From assembly GCA_963823335.1 (NCBI GenBank), contig CAWGLD010000009.1, positions 1-64,000 on the forward strand: DNA of 64,000 bases. Direction: 5' to 3'. Each line of letters starts with the position of its first letter. Position 1 is the first letter of the stretch. The position numbers and the translations under genes were made by a program. This document shows positions 50,480-61,007 of this stretch, piece after piece. Under the pieces are notes generated by a model that saw only the letters and a list, made by a program, of their open reading frames with translations, was not told where the DNA came from and ran no database searches. The stretch comes from an uncultured delta proteobacterium. Lineage in GTDB: Bacteria; Desulfobacterota; Desulfobacteria; Desulfobacterales; B30-G6.

Positions 50480-52003
50480 TTACCGGTAATCCCTGTAATC
50501 TATTCCATTCTGCTTGGCCTTGTAGGCAAATTTCCGTACCGTCGTCTGAAGGAGTTCGGCGGCCAGAGTGATATTGCCCCGCATGTTTTTCAAGGCATCG
50601 ATGATCATTTCCCGCTCGAGCTTATGCACGGCATCTTCCAGGGACAGTGCCGGCATGGTATTGGTTTCCTTTCCGGTCTGCAGTGTCGGGGGCAGATGAT
50701 AACTGTGAACGACACCCCCGTCACACAGCAGGACAGCACGTTCGATACAGTTCTCGAGTTCCCTGACATTACCGGGCCAATGGTATTCCACCATCATGTC
50801 GATGGCAGGTGTTGAAAGCCGCTTGATCTCCTTGTTGTTCTCCCTTACATATTTTTCCAGAAAAAAGTCGGCCAGGAGCAGCACGTCGGTCTTGCGTTCC
50901 CGCAAGGGCGGCATGTAGATGGGAAATACATTCAGACGGTAATACAAATCTCCCCTGAAACTCCCATCTTCAACCGATTCTTCCAGATTCTTGTTGGTGG
51001 CGGCAATGACCCGCACGTCACATTTGATGGTTTGATGTCCCCCGACACGTTCGAATTCTCTCTCCTGGAGGACTCTCAGAAGTCGAACCTGAACATCGAG
51101 ACCGATGGCTCCGATTTCATCCAGAAAAATCGTGCCCTTGTGGGCCTGTTCAAACTTACCGAGTTTTTGATTGATGGCACCGGTAAATGCCCCTTTTTCG
51201 TGACCGAACAATTCACTTTCGATCAGGTTGGCCGGAAGTGCCGCACAGTTGACCTTGACAAAAGGATTTTTGACTCTCAGGCTGTTGTAGTGAATCGAAT
51301 TGGCCACCAGTTCCTTGCCGGTGCCACTTTCTCCCCTGATCAGTACAGTGGCATTGCTCTTGGAAACCTGGGATATCATCTGGAAGACGTCGCGCATCTT
51401 GTTGCTGTTGCCGATGATGTCGGTAACGCGGTATTTTTTTTCAAGCTCGCCCCGCAAGCGTTTGTTTTCTTCGCGCAGGCGATCTTTTTCCAGTCGTATC
51501 GTCTCCAGGTTAATCACGTGCCTGGCCAGCATGGTGGCGATAACCGTCATGAGTTTTTCACCCTCCTTCAGATCGTAGGTTTCATCATATGGTTTGTCTA
51601 CGCTGAAAGCTCCGATAACCTGATTTCTCTTTTTTATGGGGGCACAGATAAAAGACATCTCCTTATCCATTTTTTTCTTGCGGGATGCCGTGCGGTTGAG
51701 AAACAGGGGTTCCTGGCTGATTTTTGGGATCGTCAAGGCCTTGCCCGTCTGGAAAACCCGTCCGGTGATGCCTTCCCCGATCTGATACCTGACGCTTTCG
51801 ACATCTTTTTTTGAAAGACCGTGGGCAACCTCGATATTTATTTCGTTTTTTAGCGGATCCAGTATGGTGATGGTTCCACGAACCATGTTCATAGAATTGG
51901 ACAAAATATCAAGAACCCGGTATAAAGATTTCTTTAGATCCAGGTGCGCATTCAGCGCGACACTGATTTCGTAAAGGAGGGTCACTTCTTCGATTTTTTT
52001 CAT
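50480..52003 (-). CDS. sigma54-dependent activator, GAF-AAA-HTH (NifA-like architecture)
   Basis: [34 protein letters not shown]-terminal GAF. Confidence 0.94.
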   Translation of the reverse strand: MKKIEEVTLLYEISVALNAHLDLKKSLYRVLDILSNSMNMVRGTITILDPLKNEINIEVAHGLSKKDVESVRYQIGEGITGRVFQTGKALTIPKISQEPLFLNRTASRKKKMDKEMSFICAPIKKRNQVIGAFSVDKPYDETYDLKEGEKLMTVIATMLARHVINLETIRLEKDRLREENKRLRGELEKKYRVTDIIGNSNKMRDVFQMISQVSKSNATVLIRGESGTGKELVANSIHYNSLRVKNPFVKVNCAALPANLIESELFGHEKGAFTGAINQKLGKFEQAHKGTIFLDEIGAIGLDVQVRLLRVLQEREFERVGGHQTIKCDVRVIAATNKNLEESVEDGSFRGDLYYRLNVFPIYMPPLRERKTDVLLLADFFLEKYVRENNKEIKRLSTPAIDMMVEYHWPGNVRELENCIERAVLLCDGGVVHSYHLPPTLQTGKETNTMPALSLEDAVHKLEREMIIDALKNMRGNITLAAELLQTTVRKFAYKAKQNGIDYRDYR

Positions 52004-52018
52004 TTTAGTTACCCTACC

Positions 52019-52097
52019 CGGACAAGCCGGAAAAGAAAAAGATCTTTTATCACAAAATCACGAAAGTGTGAAATTGCGAAAAAGACCATCAAAATTT
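52019..52097 (+). repeat. ~75-bp dispersed repeat; inverted copy at ~58611-58690
   Basis: CCGGAAAAGAAAAAGATCTTTTATCAC...CACGAAAG...CGAAAAAGACCAT matches the reverse complement at 58.6 kb. Confidence 0.75.
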
Positions 52098-52100
52098 GAA

Positions 52101-52146
52101 GAACCTCGCAGCATGCTACGGGGAATGCGCTCGCTTTTTCGGTTCA
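52101..52146 (+). repeat. dispersed REP-like repeat family B
   Basis: CCTCGCAGCATGCTACGGGGAATGCGCTCGCTTTTTCGGTTCA. Confidence 0.65.
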
Positions 52147-52221
52147 TGTAAGAATCAGTTAATAACATTTTTGTAATAATTTACAACAACCAATTCAATT
52201 TTGTAGTCTGAGTGTTTCTTT

Positions 52222-52815
52222 ATGATCATTCACGTCGACATGGATGCCTTCTATGCATCGGTGGAACAACTGGGCAAATTAGGGCATCGATTGATAGACC
52301 TTTCCAACGGAACCGACCCAACACCGGTGTCCCCCGTATCGGAACACAAATCCGTCAGTTCTGAACTAACCCTGGCAAAAAATATCATGGACACGGACTC
52401 TCTCAAACAGACGCTTTTAAAACAATCAGAAGGGGTCGGCAAGGAACTCAGGAAAATGGGTGTCAAGGCCAAGGTAATAACTTTGAAACTGAAACATGAT
52501 GACTATAAACAGGTCACACGTCGTGTTACCATCCAATCGCCGACCCAGTTCACAGACACCATTTATACGGCAGCGGTCAGGCTTCTGGATCAATACGGTC
52601 TGGCCCAGAAAGTCCGGCTGGTGGGTGTGGGGGCTTCCGGCTTTGTGAGCGCCGCCGAACCCGTTCAGATGGACCTCTTCGAAAATACCCTGCCCGGAAG
52701 CAGAAACTGGGAAAAAGTGGACAAAACCCTCGACCATATCGGCAAAAAGTTTGGAAAGGACATTGTTCACCGGGCATCCTTGTCAGGCAGTACCAAGAAT
52801 AGATCATCATCTTGA
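52222..52815 (+). pseudogene. dinB: DNA polymerase IV with in-frame internal deletion
   Basis: MIIHVDMDAFYASVEQL fused directly to the thumb end/little finger (KSVSSE.T, LKLK, VRLVGVG); the SIDE motif is missing. Confidence 0.88.
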
Positions 52816-52981
52816 GCCGGCAGTAGTGCCGGAAAGAGAATCCTCTTCTTGTAAAAGCTTCTTGTTGACGCAGACCAGGCAATCATTTATTGAAGGCTGG
52901 ACAAGCTGTAAGCTTTAAGCGGTAAGCGGCTTATAGCTTAATGCTTATTGCTAACCGCATAACATAGAAAGGAAGAATGAT

Positions 52982-54928
52982 ATGGCCGGTGGCTATGCAG
53001 GCAAATATTGTATTATCGATCTTGGATCTCAAGCTGTGGAAATTGTCGAACCGGATGATGCATTCTATCGCAAATATCTGTCTGGATATGGACTGGGTGC
53101 CGCCGTCATCATGGAAAAGCAGAAAGCGGGTCTTGATCCCTTTTCTCCGGAAAGCTATCTTGGATTCTGCTCCGGTCTTTTAACCGGAACCAAGGCATTT
53201 TTCTCCGGGCGTTTCATGGTCGTGGGCAAATCACCTTTAACCGGTGGATGGGGGGATGCAAATGCCGGAGGGTTTTTGTCCAGAGAATTGAAGCGAACCG
53301 GATATGATGCCATCTTTTTTACCGGGAAAGCGGCAACCCCCACCTGGGTGGATATCACGGAAAAGGGAATCACGTTCCATGATGCCACGGAGATCTGGGG
53401 TAAAGACATCATCGAAACAGAACAACTCATCAAAAAGATGATTGAGGACAAATGGACCCAGATCGCTTCCATTGGCAAAAGCGGCGAAAAGCTTTCACGA
53501 ATATCCGGTATTGCCACCGACCGCGGCAGGATTGCGGCAAGATCCGGTCTTGGCGCCGTCATGGGTTCCAAGAACCTGAAAGCCGTGGCATTTCATGGAC
53601 AGGCCACGATCCCCGTTGCACGACCCGATGAGCTCAAATCCATCAACCGAAAATTTCTGGAAGATTACAAAAAATCAAACCTGGCCGACAGACTCACGGT
53701 TCGCTACATGCATACGGTAAGTAAAATCATTGCCCGAACAGGTATTTCGGTTCCGTCACAACCCTCTATGTTACGGGAGTTGTACAAGCAGTACGGAACA
53801 CCGGGTCTGACGGTTTATTCCGCCTTGACAGGTGATATGCCAATCAAAAACTGGAGCGGCGTGGGGCTCACCGACTATTCCTACGAAAGTGCCGCCAGAA
53901 ATTCGGACAGAAATGTCACCAAATACCAGAAACGAAAATATGCCTGCCAATCCTGCCCCCTGGGATGCGGGGGTATCATCGATATCGAGAAAGGCCGTTT
54001 TGAAGGTACCCAGGGGCATAAACCCGAATATGAGACCCTGGGGGCTTTCGGCGGTCTGCTTCTGAACGATGACCTGGACACCATTATCGAGTTGAACGAA
54101 ATGTGCAACCGCGCCGGTATCGACACCATCTCCGCCGGGGGTGTCATGGCGTTTGCCATCGAATGCTTTGAAAATGGCTTGATCGATACAGCAGATACCG
54201 ATGGCTTGACCCTTAAATGGGGGAAGCCAGATGTCCTGGTCAAACTGCTGGACAAGATCATCGACCGAAACGGCATCGGCGACATCCTTGCAGACGGCGT
54301 TAAAATAGCCGCTGAAAAAATAGGAAAGGGCGCTGAAAAATTTGCCATGCACGCCGGCGGGCAGGAACTCCCCATGCATGATTCCAGGCTCGATCCCGGA
54401 TATGCCATCGCTTATGAATGCGAGCCCACCCCGGGACGGCACACCATATCCTGCTACCTGTATGCCGGGTTGTTCGGTGTCAAGCACAGTTTTCCAGCTG
54501 CCAATCTCATGATCAAGAAAACAAAAGGCAAAGTAGCCAGGAATGTCCGTCTCTATGCAGCAGGTTCTTTTTATATGCAACTGATCAACTGTGCCGGTAT
54601 GTGCATGTTCGGCGCCATGACCAGCCGGCTGCCGCTGGTGGAATACTTCAATGCCGTGACCGGTTGGAATCTTTCTGCGGATGCGTACTTCAAGGCCGGG
54701 GAACGAATCTTAAGTCTGCGCAAGGCATTCAACGCCCGCGAGGGCATCAAACCCGGAGACCACGCATTGAGTGGTCGTGCCATCGGAGAGACACCCCTTG
54801 CCAGCGGTCCTTTAAAAGGTGTCACCATTGACATGCAAAACCTCAGGGAAGAATTTTTCAAGGTGGTAGGATGGGACCTGGCTACCGGTGGTCCCACACC
54901 CGACAAGATGAAAGAACTGGGAATTTAA
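52982..54928 (+). CDS. aldehyde:ferredoxin oxidoreductase family protein (tungsten)
   Basis: KSPLTGG, ARSGLGAVMGSKNLKA, CQSCPLGC, PEYET, GIDTISAG. Confidence 0.95.
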   Translation: MAGGYAGKYCIIDLGSQAVEIVEPDDAFYRKYLSGYGLGAAVIMEKQKAGLDPFSPESYLGFCSGLLTGTKAFFSGRFMVVGKSPLTGGWGDANAGGFLSRELKRTGYDAIFFTGKAATPTWVDITEKGITFHDATEIWGKDIIETEQLIKKMIEDKWTQIASIGKSGEKLSRISGIATDRGRIAARSGLGAVMGSKNLKAVAFHGQATIPVARPDELKSINRKFLEDYKKSNLADRLTVRYMHTVSKIIARTGISVPSQPSMLRELYKQYGTPGLTVYSALTGDMPIKNWSGVGLTDYSYESAARNSDRNVTKYQKRKYACQSCPLGCGGIIDIEKGRFEGTQGHKPEYETLGAFGGLLLNDDLDTIIELNEMCNRAGIDTISAGGVMAFAIECFENGLIDTADTDGLTLKWGKPDVLVKLLDKIIDRNGIGDILADGVKIAAEKIGKGAEKFAMHAGGQELPMHDSRLDPGYAIAYECEPTPGRHTISCYLYAGLFGVKHSFPAANLMIKKTKGKVARNVRLYAAGSFYMQLINCAGMCMFGAMTSRLPLVEYFNAVTGWNLSADAYFKAGERILSLRKAFNAREGIKPGDHALSGRAIGETPLASGPLKGVTIDMQNLREEFFKVVGWDLATGGPTPDKMKELGI

Positions 54929-55045
54929 CTGATCATGGTATCTGCACTGTGGTCAGACTGATACTTATCTCAAACTATAAGGATGGTCTCTATGGATACT
55001 GTTGAGAGACTCGCTTCATCCAACGTTTAAAAGAAAGGAGGAGAA

Positions 55046-55744
55046 ATGAGTAACGCTGACGTGTTGGACAAAACGTTTCATTTTATCCTGAAACGGATGG
55101 TGGAAACAGGTCAGGCACCGCATTATACAGAGATTGCGGTCGAACTCAGCGTTTCACCTGAAGACGGTCGAAAAGCGATGCATAAGCTGTTTACGTCCGG
55201 TATTTACGGATGGTTGCAGCCGAACACGGATTTTATTTCTTCCTTCGCACCTTTCAACAACCAACCAACCCAGTTCCGCGTTTCAGTTGAAGGTGAGCAA
55301 AAATGGTTCGCGCAGTGAGCTTTCGAATCGCTGGCGGTCAGCTGGCTGTTTCCGGGAAAAAAGGTCCGCATTGAATCACCATGTCTTGATTGCGGAGAAC
55401 CCACCACCATAGTAATGCGTGACGGCATCATCGAAAAAGCCGATCCGGGGGGATTGATCGGCTATGTAGCTGTTCCCGTTTCCAAATGGAAGGCGGATGT
55501 CGCTTACGCCTGAAGTACGATGCTTTTCTTCCGGTCGGAAGAGCATTTGAAAAACTGGGCGCAATACAATCCTGCCACAGAAGGTGGTATTTCCCAAATA
55601 GAAGGGTTGTTATCAATGTTTTCCTGCAACCTCTTCAAAAAGCGTATGGACCCTGATTACTTCTCCAGCATGAAAACATATTTTGGTGAACTGTTTGAAG
55701 AAGTCGCCAACAATGATAAAATTGGTTCCTTTTTGAAATCTTAG
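55046..55744 (+). CDS. MerB (organomercurial lyase)-like protein with two putative selenocysteines (232 aa)
   Basis: single frame with TGA at 55316 (WFAQ-U-AFE) and 55511 (YA-U-STMLFF); FAPF..QPT and IESPCLDCGEP motifs; GGTC-loop hairpins after both TGAs. Confidence 0.85.
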
Positions 55745-55780
55745 TCCGATGCGGTTCAAGTATAGGCAGGACAGGTAAGA

Positions 55781-56476
55781 TTATGCTGTAAGGGCATATT
55801 CAACGGCTGCTTGGGCATGAATCAGCGTGGTATCGAACAAAGGAACGGGGCTGTCTGACTGCTTTATCAGCAAACCGATCTCCGTACATCCCAGAATCAC
55901 GCCTTCTGCGCCGGCCGCTTCCAGACGCTTGATGACTGCAATATAATTATCCTTTGAGACATTCTTGATCAGCCCCAGGCACAGCTCCTCAAAGATAACC
56001 TGGTGAATCATTTCCATGTCTGCATCAATGGGTGTCACCACCTCCAGTCCATGGTCACGCATCAGCTTTCCCTTATAGAAATCCTCCTGCATGGTAAACC
56101 GTGTCCCTAACAATCCAATTTTGCGGATGCCCAGCGACAGAACGCTCTCTGCCGTGGGATCGGCAATGTGCAGCAGTGGAATACGGATCTGCTGCTGGAC
56201 CACTGCCGCAACCTTGTGCATGGTATTGGTGCATATCAGCAGAAAATCCGCCCCGCCCTTCTGCAGATATCCGGCAGCTTCGCCCAAGAGCCTGCCGGCT
56301 TCATCCCATAGCCCCTGGTTCATAAGGCTTTCGATTTCGTGAAAATCCACCGAATACATCAGACACTTGGCGGAATGCAATCCGCCCAGGCGCTCCTTCA
56401 CCAGTCGATTGATAATCCGATAGTATTCCAGAGACGATTCCCAGCTCATACCGCCCAGCAGGCCTATTGTTTTCAT
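55781..56476 (-). CDS. aspartate/glutamate racemase family (YgeA/RacX-like)
   Basis: IGLLGGMSWES, ICTNTMH, LGCTEI. Confidence 0.95.
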   Translation of the reverse strand: MKTIGLLGGMSWESSLEYYRIINRLVKERLGGLHSAKCLMYSVDFHEIESLMNQGLWDEAGRLLGEAAGYLQKGGADFLLICTNTMHKVAAVVQQQIRIPLLHIADPTAESVLSLGIRKIGLLGTRFTMQEDFYKGKLMRDHGLEVVTPIDADMEMIHQVIFEELCLGLIKNVSKDNYIAVIKRLEAAGAEGVILGCTEIGLLIKQSDSPVPLFDTTLIHAQAAVEYALTA

Positions 56477-56495
56477 GATGGTTACCTCACCTCAG

Positions 56496-56543
56496 TTATA
56501 ACTCAACTTTCGGGATTCAGGAAACGCGAAAGTTGAGTTATAA
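56496..56543. other. 17-bp perfect inverted repeat followed by an AAGC heptamer array
   Basis: TTATAACTCAACTTTCG / CGAAAGTTGAGTTATAA. Confidence 0.75.
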
Positions 56544-56607
56544 GCTGTAAGCAATAAGCGACAAGCAGCTTATGGCTTACAGCTCATAGATATATCCTCT
56601 TTTATAA

Positions 56608-57558
56608 TCACTTCTCGTAGATCATTACTCTGCTGAAAAAATTGACTATATTTTTGGTAAACAAATAAAGCACCACAAAAAAGGTCAAGGGGAAAATAAT
56701 GCAGTCAAAAACATATCCGGCAATGAGCTTCAAGGTCAGAACCGCCATGTGGTGGGTCCTTTCTTTGAAAAAACTACCGATGTATTGAATACGATCCCTG
56801 GTGTTTTCGTATTTTGCTTTGAAATCAAAACCCGGGAACAGGGATCCTTCCTTGACATTCTCTGGAAAGAAACCCTTGTTCAGGTAACCGGGCGAAAACT
56901 CTCTGTGAATGTCCTCAAATCCGGTCTGGCTCTCTTCGATAATCGGTTGGGTAATTTTATTCGATAAATACGAAGCACCGGTAATGGATATGGGCAGGAT
57001 CACATACAAGATCACGGTCAGGGTAACCAGAAAAAGGGTCGCTTCTCGAACAATTCGCGTCGTCCTCTGACACCCTGAAAAAAACCAGCGAAAAATCAGA
57101 TAAACGCCGAGTCCCAGCAGCAGCACTGACAGACACCAGTGATCGACCAACGCCACTGCTTCCAGACACAAGCGGGTCAGCAGCAGAACCGTACCACCGG
57201 CCAGCGCCGTTTTCCAGGCCACATCCACATAATCGTAAACTGCTTGCACGATATCACCAATTTCCAGGTTGAACCCGATACCCACCTCGGAGCCTTCGAT
57301 AATGGCCAGACCGCTCTTGATACCCGACAACACCAAAAAACCCGCCAGGCTCCGATCAAACGCGTCATCCAGATAGGCATAATTCGCATCTGAAATTCTT
57401 CCCATGCCTGCAGCACCCACCAGGATGTCCCCATATCCGGCAGCCGCCAGAATACCAGCGACGAAGATGAGAACAATCAGCAGACTTTTCTTGGCATATT
57501 GTTTTTTCATTGGCATATCTATTTGCAGGTCATTTACGGTCATGTATAATAGCGGCAT
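56608..57558 (-). CDS. hypothetical membrane protein
   Basis: long ORF with several TM segments; start uncertain. Confidence 0.8.
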   Translation of the reverse strand: MPLLYMTVNDLQIDMPMKKQYAKKSLLIVLIFVAGILAAAGYGDILVGAAGMGRISDANYAYLDDAFDRSLAGFLVLSGIKSGLAIIEGSEVGIGFNLEIGDIVQAVYDYVDVAWKTALAGGTVLLLTRLCLEAVALVDHWCLSVLLLGLGVYLIFRWFFSGCQRTTRIVREATLFLVTLTVILYVILPISITGASYLSNKITQPIIEESQTGFEDIHREFSPGYLNKGFFPENVKEGSLFPGFDFKAKYENTRDRIQYIGSFFKERTHHMAVLTLKLIAGYVFDCIIFPLTFFVVLYLFTKNIVNFFSRVMIYEK

Positions 57559-57577
57559 CTTGACCCGTTGTCAAAAT

Positions 57578-57680
57578 TATACCGCTTGTCATAATAATGT
57601 TCCGAAAATAGGATGGCGGCATAAGGGGTTGTAGCAGAAAAAAGGTCCTCAATCGGAACGTTTTTCTGACAACCCCTATA
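57578..57680. mobile_element. 103-bp MITE-like element, copy 2
   Basis: near-identical to 7915-8017. Confidence 0.8.
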
Positions 57681-57714
57681 TAACGCTAATATCGGTTCGG
57701 GGGTAACGCATACC

Positions 57715-58530
57715 ATGCTGAAGGTGGCACTCTGGTCTCTCGTGCTTTATGTTGGATATTGTCTGCTTCTTTTTGCAGTCCAAAGACAGATGCTGTTTCC
57801 CCGATACATGCTGCCGCCTTTGGCCGCAGAAGAACGCCAGAAAATACGTTCTCTGGAAACTATTTGGATTCAAACACGTTTTGGCAAAGTGGAGGCATGG
57901 TATTTACCACCGGCAAGGCAATCTGAAATTGAGCCCGCTCCGCTGGTGATTTTTGCCCATGGGAATGCAGAACGTATCGATTTCTGTGCCCGGGAACTGT
58001 TTCAATTTACGCTTTGGGGTATCGGGGTCTTGTTGGTGGAATTTCCGGGTTATGGTCGATCCGAAGGCAAGCCGTCCCAGGCAAGTATCACAGAAACATT
58101 TGTAACTGCTTATGACCTGATGGCTCTCCGAAAAGATGTCGATGCATCAAAAATAATCTTTTACGGCCGTTCCATTGGAGGAGGTGCCATCTGTTCTTTG
58201 TTAAAGCATCGTCGTGCGGCAGCAGTCATTTTGATGTCAACGTTCACGAGTGTCCGCTCGTTTGCGTCAAGATATCTCGTTCCCGCTTTTCTTGTACGTG
58301 ATCCGTTTGACAATCTAGCTGCTTTACAAACATTTCAGGGACCGCTACTGATCCTGCACGGAAAACATGACGAGGTCATTCCCTATACCCACGGAAAGTC
58401 CCTTTACCAGGCGTCTCCGAACGCCCGGTTTCTTTCATATGCTTGTGGTCATAATGACTGCCCGCCGGATTGGTCTAGGTTCTGGGAAGATATAGCAATG
58501 TTTCTGAAGGATGCCGGCCTGACACCTTGA
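57715..58530 (+). CDS. alpha/beta hydrolase
   Basis: HGNAE, PGYGRS, GRSIGG, HGKHDE, GHND. Confidence 0.92.
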   Translation: MLKVALWSLVLYVGYCLLLFAVQRQMLFPRYMLPPLAAEERQKIRSLETIWIQTRFGKVEAWYLPPARQSEIEPAPLVIFAHGNAERIDFCARELFQFTLWGIGVLLVEFPGYGRSEGKPSQASITETFVTAYDLMALRKDVDASKIIFYGRSIGGGAICSLLKHRRAAAVILMSTFTSVRSFASRYLVPAFLVRDPFDNLAALQTFQGPLLILHGKHDEVIPYTHGKSLYQASPNARFLSYACGHNDCPPDWSRFWEDIAMFLKDAGLTP

Positions 58531-58841
58531 ATCCTGGTAGCCTTTTAGTCCCTTAACTGTATAATTTGTGTGTTTTATGGCAAAAAATAAAAACAATCAC
58601 GAAAACACGAAAATGTTCATGGTCTTTTTCGTGGTTTCGTACTTTCGTGATTTCGTGATAAAAGATCTTTTTCTTTTCCGGTTTATCCGGTTTGGGTGTT
58701 TAGGGTGTTCGTTGGGTTTGTTGCGTTTGTTGCGTTGCCTGCAGCGGCTAGCTCAAAGACGGTTTAAAGCTTACAGCTGAAAACCTTCCCCTCGAACCCT
58801 CAGACCCTTGTATCCCCCTCCAACCCTCTCTCCCTGCATAG

Positions 58842-59511
58842 CTACTTCGCCACCATCGCCCGCATCATGTCGCCGGCATTTTCAGCATGATCTGCGATGG
58901 AACCGATAATTTCAGCCAGTCTGACAATATGGTAAACGGTAACGGGTTCGACATCCATATTGAATATTTTGGTCTTTATCGTGTGCTCCACACGGTCGGC
59001 TTCCCGTTCCTGGAGACGCAAGCGTCCGGATGATGTCTTTGACAACAATACGTTGTTTTTCTTTGTAATTACTAAAATATTTCCTGGCTTCCGTCACCAT
59101 GCTGCTCAGTTCATCGATGGGGTCCACCACCATGTCGACCAGGTGAAAAATATCTTGCTGAATATCCTTTGGAATCTTTTCATCGGGTCTGAGGTCAAGC
59201 CAGTCCAGGGCATCTTCCACAGAATCCATTACGCTGTCCTGCTCTCTTAAATATCGAAACAGCTGAAATTTATCCACCGGCATGAGCGTTCCTTTTGGAA
59301 GATGTCCCCGAATTCTGCGTTTGATGGCATCGGCTTCTCTCTCCATCTCGATAATATCACCCCGCAGGGAGTCAAAACGGGAACACTTATAGGAAATATG
59401 GCATTCCACTGCTTCCTGGAACACCCATGCACAGTCTTTTACGACCTCGGCATGTTCCTGCAGACCCTCGAACGGTGATGTCATGAACATGGATAAGAAA
59501 GGTAATCTCAT
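58842..59511 (-). pseudogene. DUF47/TIGR00153 phosphate transport regulator with a 1-nt frameshift (~59022)
   Basis: EREADAIKRRIR in ORF1; RLQEREADRVE...IADHAEN in the other frame; downstream of PiT. Confidence 0.85.
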
Positions 59512-59523
59512 GGCCCCTCTCCT

Positions 59524-60756
59524 TTAATAAAAGATCCGGATAATTTTATAAATAATCATACTGGTTATGGCTGACGCCGGAACCGTCAGAACCCAGTAGA
59601 TCATGATCTGAAAGATGATCCTGAAGTTAACGGCCTCGAAACCCCGGGCAAGACCGACGCCCATAACCCCACCCACAGCCGCATGGGTCGTAGAAACGGG
59701 CAAGCCCATCTTTGATGCCAGCAAGACCGTCGTGGCAGCTGCAAAATCGACTGAAAACCCGCGGGTATTGGTGAGGGTGGTAATCTTGGTTCCGATGGTC
59801 GTCATCACCCGGTTGCCTGCCATGCCAATACCTAAGGCGATACCGACACCACCGAACAGCAGCAGGAAGATCGGCACAGGAACCTTGGCACCGACGGTAC
59901 CCGTCTTGACCAGAAAGTAAATCACGGCCAGGGGGCCGATGGCATTTGCCACATCATTGGCACCCTGTGCCAGGGCCACATAGCAGGACGTGCCGATTTG
60001 AATCCGTCGGAAAACCGTTTCGGCACCGTTGTTGTTATCCTGGTTTTCCACAAGAAATTTCCGCAGTAAGACCTTACCAATATATCCCAAAACAGCCGCC
60101 AAAACAAACGCAATGATCAGGGCCATGGGCGTTGATATGGAAAGTTTGTTGCCAAGGGGGGTCTTAAAAAGAAACGAAAGAACCACCACAAAGATGGCGA
60201 TGCCGATAAAATAGGGCGATAAGCGTATGGATCGGTCGAATACGGCATCTTTTGAAAGAATGACCCGGACAATCACCTTGAACATCACAAAGGCGATAAC
60301 GAGGCTGAAGACAGGCGAGATAACCCAACTTAAAACCACTGCCCCAAGTTTTCCCCAATTGATCACGGAAAGTCCCCCCGCCATGATACCAAAGCCGATC
60401 ATGGCTCCGACGATGGAATGGGTTGTCGAAACCGGAAGAGAGCGCCAGGTGGCAAAGCTGACCCATAAGGCAGCAGCCAGAAGAGCCGCGAGTGCACCGG
60501 CCAAGGCAACATGAGGGTCCGACATCACCTCGGTGGAAACAATGCCTTTTCGAATGGTGTTGGTAACATGCGAGCCGATAAACGTCGCGCCCACGATATT
60601 CAGTATGCCGGCAATTAAAACGGCCTGGCGGATGGTAATCGCCTTGGCCCCCACTGCCGATGCCATGGAATTGGCAACATCATTGGCACCGATGTTCCAG
60701 GCCATATAAAAACCAAACACAAAACCGATGATGAGAATCAGGTATTCAGCCGACAT
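59524..60756 (-). CDS. PiT-family inorganic phosphate transporter
   Basis: two GANDVAN and two PVSTTH motifs. Confidence 0.96.
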   Translation of the reverse strand: MSAEYLILIIGFVFGFYMAWNIGANDVANSMASAVGAKAITIRQAVLIAGILNIVGATFIGSHVTNTIRKGIVSTEVMSDPHVALAGALAALLAAALWVSFATWRSLPVSTTHSIVGAMIGFGIMAGGLSVINWGKLGAVVLSWVISPVFSLVIAFVMFKVIVRVILSKDAVFDRSIRLSPYFIGIAIFVVVLSFLFKTPLGNKLSISTPMALIIAFVLAAVLGYIGKVLLRKFLVENQDNNNGAETVFRRIQIGTSCYVALAQGANDVANAIGPLAVIYFLVKTGTVGAKVPVPIFLLLFGGVGIALGIGMAGNRVMTTIGTKITTLTNTRGFSVDFAAATTVLLASKMGLPVSTTHAAVGGVMGVGLARGFEAVNFRIIFQIMIYWVLTVPASAITSMIIYKIIRIFY

Positions 60757-61007
60757 AACTCCATTATATCCTTATGGTTCGCAACGTCCATATCATTTGA
60801 TGCATGTTAAAACAATGATAAATATAAATGTTATTTATGGTTATTGTTGGTAATTAAAAAGATTTTATTTCTGGCAAAAAATAAAATTATTGACCAAAAA
60901 TAACTTTAAATATAAATGCTTGCTGTGTTGACCATAATCGTTCACCAGGACACTGCGGACAACCCGTCGTTACGTTACCCTATTTTTATGGAGAGGACCC
61001 GCCATTG

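Noticed and set aside
50480-52003. True nifA / nitrogen fixation locus
   Set aside because: Only the generic GAF-AAA-HTH architecture; no nif genes in the window.
51032-54580. Long antisense ORFs (51032-51814, 53771-54580)
   Set aside because: They overlap well-supported genes on the opposite strand.
58912-59048. Programmed frameshift in DUF47
   Set aside because: No slippery run; a single extra base is more likely a mutation or sequencing error.
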